From NCBI GenBank assembly GCA_964016885.1, contig OZ024740.1:290966001-291030000 (forward strand): a stretch of 64,000 nucleotides of DNA, written 5' to 3'. Positions 15,401-26,814 of the stretch are shown here, piece after piece. This DNA is from Eledone cirrhosa. Taxonomy: Eukaryota. The notes below the pieces were generated by a model, which was not told the DNA's origin, made no database searches, and saw only the letters and a program-made list of their open reading frames with translations. The number at the start of each line of letters is the position of its first letter. Within the stretch, counting starts at the first letter, position 1. A program made the position numbers and the translations under genes.

Positions 15401-18400
15401 ATTAAACAATGGAAGTTTCCATAGTTTAAACAAATTTATATTAACAACAGATTTGAGTTTTATGGAGCTAACATTTCCACACATGGTCAGATACACAACA
15501 AAGAATAGTTCATAGGAATTAAGATGCTCTGATTTTCCTTTCATTTGTCATTTGAAAATAACCTTGAAATATTATGAAATATAGGGTAAACACTATTGTT
15601 TTGTATTGCCATTCTTGCTTTACTCTACATTAATTCCACCATTTTATTTCTTATTTGCATTATACCAGCTTTCCCAATACATTCTTAATCTTTAGCCTGC
15701 TGATTTTTTTTTAATGAATTGCTTCCCTTGACACTGCATTATGTATTAAAGGGAGATTACTCTATCAGTGACATAAGGCGCCTAGAGTACCCAGAAGATT
15801 AATTACATATCTAAGAATACTTCATATAAACTACACCATTCTTTAAAAGAAATGCAAAAATTAACAAGTAATACAAAGGTCAATCAAATATCAAAAATAA
15901 CATTGTCACTCAAAGAATTAAACTTACAATTATTTGAAAGATTTTGTCATCAACAAAAGTTATAAGATATTATCAACATAGAAGTCTCACCTCATCATTT
16001 ATTTTCTGAAGAACAATATTTTCTGGTTTTAAGTCACGGTGAACAATTTGTTTTGTATGAAGATATGAAACAGCAGCAGCAATATCATTAGTGAAATGCA
16101 ACACATTTGCCTCACTAAATCCACAGTAGGACATTTGCAGCACCTTATATTATAAATCATTAAATGTTAATTAACATTAAATAATTTTCCAATAAACTAT
16201 AATCATAATTTATGCAAGTAATATTTGAAGCAAAGTAAAGAAAATTATTCTAGAATTATTCTGGAAACTTCCAAGTAATATTTCACAAATGAATGTATTA
16301 CAAATGACTGCCTTTAGTACAAAAACAAAGACATAAAGATTTAAAAAATAGTCATTTGACATGAGGCTGAAGTTATACTGTGAAAATTCAGTCCACCTTC
16401 CTGCGCCCAAATTTTTTTAACCCCTATCAGGGCTTAATTTCAGTTCAAATACAACAAATTAGACTTTCTATCTATTCTGTCATTCTCAAAGACTTCTAAA
16501 GTGGTTCCATTCCTCATCAAAATAAATAAGCTTTATCTCATGGTCATGTGGTTAAGGATTTTGTACTATAACTATGTGGTTTGGTTTGACAATGCAACAT
16601 GATGGGTATTTTTTACCATAAACTTATGGTTTAGTTTGACAATGTGGCATGATGGGTAAGTGTCTTTTACCATAAACTTGGTACCCATGTAGTTGACCCA
16701 ACCTTAGAAAGGAGGACAGCCTAGTACCCATGTCATAGAATCTTCCTTAGATAGGGGAGACAGCCTGGTATCCATGTGGTAGACCCCTCTTTAGACAGTG
16801 GAGACAGCCTAGTACCCATGTCATAGACACTTCTTTAGATAGGGGGTACAGCCTGGTACCTATGAGTAGACCCCTCTTTAAACAGGGGGGACAGCTTGGT
16901 ACCCATGTAGTAGACTCTTCCTTAGATAGTGGGGGCAGCCTAGTCCCTATGCAGTAGACCCCTCTTTAGACAGGGGGACAACCTGATACCCATGTAGTAG
17001 ATCTCTCCTTAGATATGTGGGGACAGCCTGGTGCCTATGAAGTAAACTCGTCCTTCATGTCACTGAAATAAACCAACCATGTTGGTAAGTGCCGATACAC
17101 ATAGTTTCAGTGTCATTACAGGAGTTGCCAGCATGTTGCTGATTATAGTCTGCCTTAGGGACTCCGACTCCGTACTTTCCCTCAGGGTTGACTCTCAAAG
17201 CCTTTTCCATAGTGGATATAGCTGCATGGCAGTGGGTATTTTAAATCAGTGTTTTTCTTTCACTAATATGGGCTATCGGCTTAGGTTGATAAGCCCTAGA
17301 TTTAAGGTGCCAGTAACCTTCCTTTCATATTAGTGGAAATAGTTTCACCAGGCTTGGAAGTTGAGACACATGTGAAGGCCAGAGATGGACTTGACTGTCA
17401 GTGGCTATCTGAGACATGCAGCTTGAGAGTATTTTGTAGAACAGTGAGAGTTCATCCTCACTCTCCACATGGCATAATATTAATTATCTAATCATTATCA
17501 CATCAAACTAGGATTTAATCACTCTGCTTTACATTCCTCTCTCTTTTTTACTCTTTAGAAATACAATGCTATTGATCCATTAAACTCTATCTTCCTTCTT
17601 CCTGTTCTATTATATTAGTATTGTGTCATTAGAATAATGAAAGTGGAAAGAAATTTGGAAAAAAATTCTTTTTATTACTCATTTATGAGTAACAACACTA
17701 CATCTGATATCACCCCTCCATACACATGCACACATATATATTATGACTCACATACTGTTTGTACATTACTCTATGTACTATACATGCACCTTTAATAAGT
17801 TGTAGTACACCTGAACACTGTACACAATAATTTCATTATCGTTATTATCATTATCAGAAGCCTAAAAATGGAGGAAACAAAGAGAGAGGGTGGGGGGAGG
17901 CTAAAGATCAACACAGTCTAATATGATGGAATTGTAGAAATTACTGTGTACAGATTTTACATTGTGTAATGACAGTTGTGGTGCTAGAGATTACTGTGTA
18001 CCAAACTTTTACACTGTGTAATGATAGTAATGGTAGTAGAGATTACTGTGTACAAATTTTACACTGTGTAATGACAGTTGTGGTGGTAGAGATTACTGTG
18101 TACCAATCTTTTACACTGTGTAATGACAGTAGTGGTAGTAGAGATTACTGTGTACAAATTTTACACTGTGTAATGACAGTTGTGGTGCTAGAGATTACTG
18201 TGTACCAAACTTTTACACTGTGTAATGGCAGTAGTGGTAGTAGAGATTACTGTGTACAAATTTTACACTGTGTAATGACAGTTGTGGTGGTAGAGATTAC
18301 TGTGTACCAATCTTTTACACTGTGTAATGACAGTAGTGGTAGTAGAGATTACTGTGTACAAATTTTACACTGTGTAATGACAGTTGTGGTGCTAGAGATT

Positions 18401-21400
18401 ACTGTGTACCAAACTTTTACACTGTGTAATGGCAGTAGTGGTAGTAGAGATTACTGTGTACAAATTTTACACTGTGTAATGACAGTTGTGGTGGTAGAGA
18501 TTACTGTGTACCAAACTTTTACACTGTGTAATGACAGTAGTGGTAGTAGAGATTACTGTGTACAAATTTTACACTGTGTAATGACAGTTGTGGTGCTAGA
18601 GATTACTGTGTACCAAACTTTTACACTGTGTAATGACAGTAGTGGTAGTAGAGATTACTGTGTACAAATTTTACACTGTGTAATGGCAGTAGTGGTGGTA
18701 GAGATTACTGTGTACCAATCTTTTACACTGTGTAATGACAGTAGTGGTGGCAGAGATTACTGTGTACCAATCTTTTACACTGTGTAATGATAGTAATGGT
18801 AGTAGAGATTACTGTGTACACATTTTACACTGTGTAATGACAGTTGTGGTGGTAGAGATTACTGTGTACCAATCTTTTACACTGTGTAATGACAGTAGTG
18901 GTGACAGAGCTTACTGTGTACCAATCTTTTACACTGTGTAATGATAGTAATGGTAGTAGAGATTACTGTGTACACATTTTACACTGTGTAATGACAGTTG
19001 TGGTGGTAGAGATTACTGTGTACCAATCTTTTACACTGTGTAATGATAGTAATGGTGCTAGAGAGAAACATTCCTTTTAGTATTTGTTTAACAAACAAAA
19101 ATTGAAGTCTGTTCCAAGCCGAGAGGTTCATCAGACCAATGCTTATCCTGGTTCCATTGCCATTAAATAACTTCTTCTTGTATGATATATGTACTATGGT
19201 TAGAAAGATAGATCAAGATTGGTGTGCCAGACTAAGGCATCATCTCTCTTGTCATATGATATATGTACATTGGTTAGAAAGACATAGAGATTGGTGAGCC
19301 AGACTAAAGTGTCATCTCTCTTGTAATGTGATATATGTACAATGGTTAGAAAGATAGTTTGAGATTGGTGAGCCAGACTAAGGCATCATTTGTAGTATTA
19401 TAGATTGCCTGCAGGTTTGGGATTGCCCCCTCAAACATTTTCCTGGTGGCCTGGAGGTAATATGTTAAATAAGTGATTACATAAGACTTCCCCTAGCTAC
19501 TGCTGAGTATACTGGAGTAACATGGAGTTTAGGTGTTTCGCTCAAGAATACAATACTCCAGCTGGTCCAAGAACCAAACCCATGACATTATGATTGTCAG
19601 TCCAACACCCTAACCACTAGGCCACATACCTTGAGTATTTCTTAAGCAAGTACATAAATAAACAACTTAATTACCTTTCTAAGGTTTCCTAATGAGCAAT
19701 ATTCCATGGCCAAAATGGGATATATTCTTTCAAGTTTTTTCAGTTCATCAGGAGTTTCTCTCACATCAATAACGTTTCTGTGGCTCAGTTTTTTCATGAT
19801 GTCTATTTCTTGCTGCCATCTCATCAGAACCCTTTGCTTACATTCTTGTGGAACTTGGATTTGTTTCAAGGCAAGTTGCTCACCCTAAGTAAAAAAAAAA
19901 CAAAGGGGAAAAAAGAGAGAAATTAGAGCAAGTGATATTGACATTGAATAAAAAAAGGATCTATTTGAGATAGATATGTTTCTTTATTAGCCACAGGGGC
20001 ACAAAAGAAGGGGACAAATACAAAGGGGGAATTTTACATACAATAAAAACTTGTAAAATATTATCACAAATGCAATTTAAAAAATTAGTCGATTTTCCCC
20101 AATAGGGGGAGACAGTTCATATGGGTAACACATACCCCAGAAAAAATGTGCAACCCTCATCTCCAGGAGTACGAAGAGTTTGTACTCCCTTCCTCTCCTC
20201 CTCCTTTTCCTCAACCTACAGGCTGATATAGAGAGAAGGCCCATTCACTCGGGCCATTCTCGCCACTTTCACCCACCTTTCATAAAACTTGCTGGGGTAC
20301 AGCACCTCTCTCTCCATCCTGATTCTTCTTCCAAAGTGGTATTTGAAAAAAAGAATCAGTTGTTGGCCGGAGAGAAAGGTGTCTGACCTCAGCCCTTTCA
20401 ACCTTGTCCACCATTTGAGATAGATAGAGAGAGAGACTTTTCAGGGTTTTTGAGACTAGTGGAAAGAAAGGAAGTTTCCAAAACTAGCAATTTTTTCAAC
20501 ATGCTGACACATGTGTATATATGTGTGTGTGTGTATGTGCATATGCATACATTTATATGTATGAGTATATAAATATAAATGCGCAAACACAAACACACAA
20601 AAATACACTCACCGACATACATTCACACAAACACATATATTTACACAAACAAACATATACACTCACACACAGCATAGCAAAAGGAACACCAGCCACTATT
20701 TTGCTATAGTTTTTTTGTCCATCCTCTTCCTTCTTTTTACATACACATACATTCACACAAAGACAGACACACATTGTGTGATGGACGGAAGTCACTCAAA
20801 TTTATATATAGATTGGAAAAAGTTTATTTCACTGGAGCTCTCTTACTACTTGCTACTGATGTGAATCTCCCATATACAAAGTCTTCCTTTTCGTTTTATA
20901 CGTTAATAACTTTGCCAATTTCCTGTCTCAGTTCTATTAGCTAATGATATAATGTATACAAGGTTAATATAATGTAGTGACACATAACATTTGCTAGGGG
21001 GGGGGGATTCTGCATTGAAGAACATAGTTAAGTGTGGGTTAATATAATGTAGTAACACAAACATTTGCCAGGGGTGTCTTCTGCATTGAAGAACATAGTT
21101 AAGAGTGGGTTAATATAATGTAGTGACACATAAGCATTTGCCAAGGGGTGTCTTCTGCATTGAAGAACATAGTTAAGTGTCGCTTATTTAATTTGTTTCT
21201 ACTTTAGACACAAGGCCAGCAATTTTGGGGAGCAGGGAAAGTCGATTAAATCGATCCCAGTGCATTAATAGTACTTTATTTTATTGACCCCGTAAGGATG
21301 AAAGACAAAGCTAACCTCAGCGGGATTTGAACTCAGAACGAAAAGAGCCATAACTCTGTGCCAAAAAGCATATTCTCCGATGCTCTAGTAGTGACACATA

Positions 21401-24400
21401 AACACTTACTAGAGGGTGCCGTCTGCATTGAAGAACATAGTTAAGTGTCAGTTAATACAATGTAGTGACACAGAAACATTTGCCAGGGGTTGTCTTCTGC
21501 ATTGAAGATTATAATTAAGTGTTGGTTAATATAATGTAGTGAGCTGGAAATTATTCTTAATCAATTGAAACTATAATTATAATCTATACTGTAAGAGCTG
21601 TGTCTGTCAGTTCATCCATCATGTTTTCTATAAAGAGATAAGGAAATAATACTCCACCTTTCACTCAGTTCACCTCCCCCTCTCTCTAACTAACTAAAAC
21701 GTCATGTGTGAACAAATGAAAAGAATATGGAATTTTTTTTGGTTGTTTGTGTGTGTGTGTATGTCCTTCAACATATAAACAAGGCAGCACATTAAAAAAA
21801 AAAGACTTTCACTATAATGACAGGTGGTTGTTGTTTTGTTGCTATTGAGAGAGAAATACAGAGAGAGAGAGAGAGTGTGTATATGTGAAAGATAGATAGA
21901 ATTAAAATTTATTTCAATAAATAAATAACAGGTTATTGTTGTTATTGAGAGAGAAATACAATGAGAGAGAGAGTGTGTGTGTCTGTGAATTAAATTGACT
22001 AAAAATTCAATGGAGATATGTAGATGGAGTTAGTATGGCCGTCGATATCCATGATGACAACTTCAAATATATTTTGGTTTTATTAGCATAGTCTTCTTCT
22101 TTGTCCATTTTGAAAAGGATTTTTATGAACACTAATAACTTTTCTTCCCATTACGGGTATAATTTCACACAATTAAATTGTTTTTCTGGCACATTACATT
22201 AAGTATATTATACACCACTTAATTATATGACCTTTATGCAGAAGATATTTTAAATTGTCTAATTAATCAATCAATTATTGTTTCAACATAATTATCTCTT
22301 TTCAGTTATTTTGTGGTCTGGTAACTATTTGTTAGACTATGCTTTGCTAAGGAGGTCTAATAAGACTGAAACATGTTCAGAGTTGTTGCCATAACAAAGA
22401 TCAGATTCTTCCATCCACACTACTCCAACTTGCATATCTTCAGTTAATTTTTAGTGAAATTAAATTTCAGAGTTCTCTTCATTAACAGTGACAACATTTC
22501 TTATTATTTTGAGTATAACTTTAACATGATCAACATTTTACATCTGCTTTCTATGCTGGTGTGGATTGGACATGTAGAGAATTCCAGTCAGTTCTTGTTC
22601 GAAGTTACCACACGCTAAGATGGCTTCGCGACCATGATATGCTTGTATGTTCCAATTTTAGCATGGTTTCTACAGCAGAACACACTTCTTAAAACCAACC
22701 ATTTTACAGAATGTACTGGAAACATTTCATCATGGCTCCAGCACTAAAGAGATTGTTATGTCTTCAACAAAGCTAAACTTTCTTCTCCATCCAACATTGT
22801 CTCCACTCATGTACTGAGTGCATTTTATTATCACAACAAAATTAGAGAAATTGTTTTGTCCACTGCAATGCAATAGAGACCTCTCAACTTCATTATTGTA
22901 AAGCAAACATGACCGAGAGGGTGATTTGAAAGGGAGTTATGACTAAGTTTTGAAAGAGGAGAAAATATTATTTGAGTGTCAAGAATTGATTCAATATTTT
23001 TTCCAGCTTACTATATGATGTATGTTAGCCCACACTTAATTATAAATCAGTAAAGTGGAAGGATGCAGATTATATTCAAATCCTTAATCTCTTAATTTGT
23101 CAGGGCTTGGTGGCTCCAATCTAATTCAACTGCATCTCATTGTACCAATGTTTCTGTTTCTGGTTACATATTTTTGGTCTGTTTCTAAGTTGTTCACAAA
23201 AGATAACATGTAATTTATTATCCAAATGACCACTATTTAATATAACTGAAAATTGCTTCCTTATGAAACTTCCTCCTATCTATGTGTTCCTAGTTATAAA
23301 ATGATCTAAACCTTTTCAATTTTAATAAGGGCACCAGTCTCCCACATCCACTCTACTCTTCAATGGGAATAGGAGACTCCTAGAAGAAAAGAATAATAAA
23401 AAGAACAACATACATTTTATAAAAGTTATACATACAGTTTTGTTATTTTCCCATAGTTCCACGAAGCCATAAGAACCCTTTCCAATGATGCTCAATTTCC
23501 TCCATCCATTTACAGACTCTAAAGAAAATAAAACATAAATTATTAATGAATAAATGTACTATATATGAATTATTGCTTTTATGAATGAATTACATAATTA
23601 CATAAATACATTTAGACACATGCCCTTCCTCGCCAATACACACAATGAACACACTTAGCAATATCAAACCATCCTGTGAGCATTCCTTTGTAACATTATA
23701 TGTGATGAAGATGACTTGGCTGGAAGGTTACTGTCACCAGCAACAAAAGTTAAGGATATATGAATATAAATAATAATAATAATGAAATTATTGTGTACAG
23801 TGCTCAGGTGCACTACAACTCATCAAAGGTGCATGTATAGTACATAGAATAATGTACAAATGTCAGGAAAATGAATGAACAGTGTATGTATGAGTCATGA
23901 TTTACATATGTGCGTGTGGATGGAGGGGGGAGGGATATCAGGTATAGTGGTGGCGAATTTCAGGAAGCATGGAAGTTTTAAAGGATGCAGTTTCTCGACA
24001 GCTAACAACCGATGCAGGTAGTTCGTTCCATGCTTCAGCAACTCTGAGCATGAAAAAATGTTTCCAAAAGTCATGGGAGCTGTGCTGTTTTCTGACTTTG
24101 TAGGCATGCCCACGTGTGTTAGACACATGGAGATCAAAAAGGTGCTCAGGGTTGTTGTTGGCAAGATGGTTAATAATTTTGTGGGTGTTTACCAAGTCAG
24201 TTGCCAAATGTCAGAGCTTCAATGTATCCATGCCCAGGGAAGCAAGGCGTTCAGAGTATGGTAGATGCCTGATGGAGGGTATTCGCTTGGTTGTACGTCC
24301 CTGAACAGTTTCCAGGAGGTCAATGTTCTGAGCAAGATAGGGGTTCCAGACTGGTGATGCAAATTCTAAGTGTGGCCGCACCATAGCTATATACAGTTTT

Positions 24401-26814
24401 AAACAAATAGCTGGAGAGCAGCTGACAAAGGTCTTGCTGAGTGATGCTAAGACACCCTCGGGTTTCTTGACAATTTGAGAGATGTGCTTCGTCCAACGCA
24501 AATCGCTGCTGACAGTAATGCCCAGGTCACGTTCACAAGAAGACTTCTTGATATAAGTGTTGTGGAGGGAGTATGTGGACGCTGGGTTTTTACTCCCAAA
24601 ATGCATGGTGGTACACTTGTCCACAGCCAGCTTGAGTTACCAGTCTGTGATCCATTGCTGCATTGTGTCCAGGTCTGATTGCAGGAAAGATCTATAGTGT
24701 TCAGGATCTGTCCATTTTATCTCAAGGTACAGCTTGATGTCATCTGCATAATTCAGTACTGTGGTATTCTTTAAGTTGGAATCTATGTCATTAATATATG
24801 CAACAAACAAAAGGGTACACTAGATGACATCTCATATGGTGTGGAATACTGTCCTAGAACTGTGACTACCTCTCTTTGACTGAGATCATCCTTCACACCC
24901 ATTGCAGAGAGTTTTGCCACAAGTCTTTTGTGTGGCACAGAATTAAAAGCTTTAGCAAAGTCAAGGTAAACAACATCCACCCATGAGCCGCCATCAGTGA
25001 TCTGGGTGATGTCTTCAAGAAACTTGATAAGTTGATCACAACAGCTAGAGTTAGGGATAAATCCAAATTGCGAGGGCCAGAAAAGACTGTGAGAATTCCA
25101 GAAGTTCCAAAGTGTTTCTCTGACATAGGATTCCATCAGTTTGGCAATGCAACTAGTAAGACTGACTGGACGATAGTTGACAGGCGACATGCGGTCACCC
25201 TTTTTGAACAGAGGAATGACACTGGCAGTTTTCGACTGATCCGGAGTAGAACCATATATGTTTGCATTTGTAAATATATTTTAGCTGTTGAAGTGACATC
25301 CAAATGAGTATCCTCCACTACTAACTAACTTGCCCTCCGCATCAAGGTCCCGGCCAACAGGATGAAGAATGCATTGTCCCAGAGGACGGTGAGGGAGTCG
25401 CGCTGAAACAGCCACTCTACCTCGCGGGGCTCACACCTGCGGGTAGTCAACTCCGCCCAATAGCAGTGAGTAGGGATGAGGTACGGTGGCCAAGAATGAC
25501 AGAAGTCTCTACTGTTACAGACTCTATCACAAACCTATCAGAAAGCAGTCGATACTTGGACAGTTTGCCCTCTTCAGCCTGACTGGCAGCGGAGCCTGCG
25601 GTGGGAGTCGAACACATCAGGTTGTCACTTGAGTAGATGTCACAGCATGTGGCATCTAAGATGAGGGGCCTACCCCGCGGAATGGCAAGATTGTCATGCT
25701 GTCTGGCCTTTTGCCGTCCCCACCAACAACTGTTTAGAAATTTAGGAAACCAATAACTCTGTGTGAGCCTGAAAATAAACTGTCTGAGGAAGAGCAAAGA
25801 AGCAGATACCACATTCTGGAGTCAAAATTTCTTGTATTTATAAGGAATGGGTTCTCAGAAACATTTCCCTCTAAACGAAGGCAGTAAATCAGATAGTGAC
25901 ATGTGGACCCAAAGGAATTGGTTTCCAAGTTAGGACAGTGTGTGTTGTTAGGCCATTATTTGATTGACCTCATCGATGTTTCGCCACACACACACATAAA
26001 AAAATCAGTAAATATAAAACATATTTTATTCAGTTCTATAAATAGCATTACAAATTGTTCACAATTCTTTCAGAATGAAAATATAAAGACATATATTAAA
26101 TACAATTAACTGGATACCAAACAACTTCTGATTCTATGATTTAAAAATGATAATTTTAAAGTGTTTATATTATCTAAACACCTATCATAATTGTATGTAA
26201 AAACCTTTATTATATTTCAAACACCAACTCAATAATGAGAACGTTAGCTTACTACATCCCAGCAAATTCATAATTATTTTCTAAATTATTCGAAACATAT
26301 AGACAGTGTCTTTTAATAGAAATATGGTAAGGAAAGGGTTTGCCGCAGTTGTTGTTTACGCCAGGTTAACACTGGCAGAACATTTTTATAACCAGAGGCT
26401 TTCCAGCCATGACTATGACATCTTTTTTTTTAAGACGATAAGACGTAATTTCAAGGAAATGTGGCTGCCATTGTTAGCAGGTTGAGCGGCTGTTATTAAT
26501 TAGTTCTGGTCAAGTTCTATTATCGAAAGTGTTCCAACAATGCACACCCCGTAATTCTGTATAAGAAGAGACATTGTTGCCAAATGTTTACTTCTTCAAT
26601 TAAAACAATGTGGTATCATTATAGCGAGGTTTATATGGCTATTTCTAGCAGTTCGATCAATCGCTTAAAAACTTCATCGATGTATTTTATATTTGTGATT
26701 ACTTAATGAAACTATTTATAATACTTGTTTCTATGTTAGGCACAAGGCTAGCAATTACATAGAGCATTAATACTAACCTTCCATTTGAACGTCTTCTATT
26801 TGAACGTCCGGCAT
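211..26814 (-). CDS. CHUK/IKBKB: Canonical IkappaB kinase (IKKalpha/beta family), 9 coding exons, 3' part lies outside the window
   Basis: Spliced exons 26814-26778, 23518-23436, 19884-19675, 16143-15991, 12344-12255, 6236-6112, 4001-3894, 2144-2009 and 402-211 give a 1134-nt open frame. Motifs: [46 protein letters not shown] (IKK-type DLG and SxxxS loop, unlike TBK1/IKKepsilon), DYWSLG, then a ubiquitin-like domain. The alpha versus beta paralogue cannot be assigned. Confidence 0.96.
997..1195 (-). mobile_element. 3' fragment of an Expander/Rex3-like RTE-clade LINE
   Basis: [16 protein letters not shown] motif; same family at 6905-7125 (+) and 36190-36612 (+). Confidence 0.7.
1225..1412. 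repeat. 48-bp tandem repeat, about 4 copies (gaaatatggtaatgaaagggttaatgacatagacagtgtctttcatta)
   Basis: Unit starts at 1245, 1293, 1341 and 1389; a single related copy lies near 26298-26340. Confidence 0.85.
2009..2144 (-). CDS. CHUK/IKBKB: IKK exon: end of kinase domain ([22 protein letters not shown]...[12 protein letters not shown])
   Basis: 136 nt, taacag acceptor, gtaagc donor; ExWLxxMLxW motif. Confidence 0.93.
2401..2440 (-). ncRNA. Minimal hammerhead-ribozyme-like motif (Penelope pLTR relic)
   Basis: Minus strand reads CTGATGA-a-ggac-tagc-gtcc-GAAAC-GT-T-aaga; perfect stem II, weak stem I. Confidence 0.6.
2611..2700 (+). mobile_element. tRNA-derived SINE fragment (B-box-like head plus gtccttgagcaagacacttt body)
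   Basis: gagttcggttcccgg B-box-like motif; related degenerate copy near 13345-13440. Confidence 0.65.
2821..2920. repeat. Short foldback with a hammerhead-like core
   Basis: About 40-bp arms 2821-2862 and 2879-2920. Minus strand reads CTGATGA-gttc-cctc-gaat-GAAAC. Another copy of the arm lies at about 63955-64000. Confidence 0.7.
2936..3210 (-). mobile_element. SINE 3' part with RTE-type tail and (GAT)n
   Basis: ggatgcccttcctaacaccaacc...tttacagtgagtgctgggtgc; close copy at about 57050-57270, and tail shared with the RTE 3'UTR. Confidence 0.75.
3412..3770 (-). mobile_element. RTE LINE fragment (post-RT region)
   Basis: [20 protein letters not shown]...[12 protein letters not shown], close to the 9360-11929 copy. 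Confidence 0.9.
3894..4001 (-). CDS. CHUK/IKBKB: IKK exon ([35 protein letters not shown])
   Basis: 108 nt, phase 2/2, tttatag acceptor, gtaagt donor; IKK-typical FSSxLP motif. Confidence 0.93.
4049..4264. mobile_element. piggyBac-like MITE
   Basis: TTAA|CCCTTTAGAATTTA ... TAAATGCTAAAGGG|TTAA termini. Confidence 0.7.
5020..6080 (-). mobile_element. Two degenerate RTE LINE 3' fragments
   Basis: ORF 5859-6068 ([12 protein letters not shown]...QERRL...RRRP) and older RTE sequence at 5020-5600. Confidence 0.8.
6112..6236 (-). CDS. CHUK/IKBKB: IKK exon ([42 protein letters not shown])
   Basis: 125 nt, tttcag acceptor, gtcagt donor. Confidence 0.96.
6905..7125 (+). mobile_element. Expander/Rex3-like RTE 3' fragment
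   Basis: ggcaaaaccaaccggcaggagacccaggggtagacc..., matching 997-1195 and 36340-36530. Confidence 0.7.
8080..9030 (+). mobile_element. Heavily degenerate RTE LINE (RT C-half to GAT tail)
   Basis: Residual similarity to the young RTE ([26 protein letters not shown]); ends aaggatgatgat. Confidence 0.65.
9232..12160. mobile_element. TA-flanked MITE (Tc1/mariner-like ends) split by the RTE insertion
   Basis: Left end TA-CTCTTGGGTCTCGAATA versus right end reverse complement TA-CTCTCAAGTCCCAAATA. A related element at about 30340-30527 plus 33202-33370 is split by Helitrons. Confidence 0.55.
9360..11929 (+). mobile_element. RTE-clade LINE, 5'-truncated, antisense in an IKK intron
   Basis: 746-aa ORF 9432-11672 with end of APE endonuclease (SQVDYIL, SQHRL), RT (GVHQGS, YADD) and PHD-like finger; 3'UTR ends in (GAT)n; 165-nt in-frame RT deletion. 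Confidence 0.96.
12255..12344 (-). CDS. CHUK/IKBKB: IKK exon: activation loop ([30 protein letters not shown])
   Basis: 90 nt, ttttacag acceptor, gtaagt donor; within ORF 12219-12407. Confidence 0.97.
12540..13302 (+). mobile_element. Non-autonomous Helitron
   Basis: A|TC...CTAG|T insertion; subterminal hairpin CCGTCC-aaa-GGACGG at about 13275-13289. Confidence 0.8.
15991..16143 (-). CDS. CHUK/IKBKB: IKK exon: catalytic loop (VLQMSYCG...[25 protein letters not shown])
   Basis: 153 nt, phase 0/0, ataag acceptor, gtgaga donor. Confidence 0.95.
16680..17040. repeat. 43/44-bp minisatellite, about 8 units alternating between two variants
   Basis: gtacccatgtagtagacccctctttagacagggggacagcct-type units. 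Confidence 0.85.
17715..17855 (+). mobile_element. CR1-type LINE 3' tail
   Basis: Reverse complement of 23770-23900; further copies at about 31460-31570 (-) and 41168-41208 (+). Confidence 0.75.
17935..19062. repeat. Dimeric minisatellite, 50+52 = 102-bp period, about 22 monomers
   Basis: gagattactgtgta(c/cc)aa...ttttacactgtgtaatgacagt units at 18141, 18191 and 18243. Confidence 0.95.
19180..19390. repeat. About 70-bp tandem repeat, 3 copies
   Basis: tgatatatgtacaatggttagaaaga...attggtgagccagactaaggcatcat. Confidence 0.8.
19675..19884 (-). CDS. CHUK/IKBKB: IKK exon: catalytic Lys and alphaC (GEQLALKQ...[12 protein letters not shown]...[11 protein letters not shown])
   Basis: 210 nt, phase 0/0, tttacttag acceptor, gtaatt donor; overlaps ORF 19642-19869. 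Confidence 0.95.
19977..20412 (-). mobile_element. 5'-truncated Tx1/L1-type retrocopy with 14-bp TSD
   Basis: Near-identical to 39941-40376; flanked by ATTTGAGATAGATA at 19963-19976 and 20413-20426. Confidence 0.93.
20962..21540. repeat. About 70-bp tandem repeat (about 5 units) interrupted by a SINE at about 21185-21390
   Basis: ggttaatataatgtagtgacac...ttctgcattgaagaacatagttaagtgt. Confidence 0.85.
23436..23518 (-). CDS. CHUK/IKBKB: IKK exon: glycine-rich loop ([28 protein letters not shown])
   Basis: ttctttag acceptor, gtatgt donor, 83 nt; not in the ORF track. Confidence 0.93.
23770..25240 (-). mobile_element. CR1-group LINE, 5'-truncated and frameshifted
   Basis: [49 protein letters not shown] motifs; (ATT)n tail. 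Confidence 0.92.
25310..25730 (-). mobile_element. CRE-like non-LTR relic (restriction-like endonuclease C-terminus)
   Basis: [11 protein letters not shown]...[16 protein letters not shown]...VETS..LG. Confidence 0.7.
26778..26814 (-). CDS. CHUK/IKBKB: IKK first coding exon ([12 protein letters not shown])
   Basis: ATG at 26814 with an in-frame TAA two codons upstream. Donor G|GTTAGT is phase 1 and matches the next exon. Candidate acceptor tattttag at 26879-26880. Confidence 0.75.

Noticed and set aside
17969-19080. 272-aa Cys-rich repeat ORF and neighbours
   Set aside because: By-product of a 102-bp (multiple of 3) minisatellite lying antisense in an IKK intron; the frame breaks where the array changes phase
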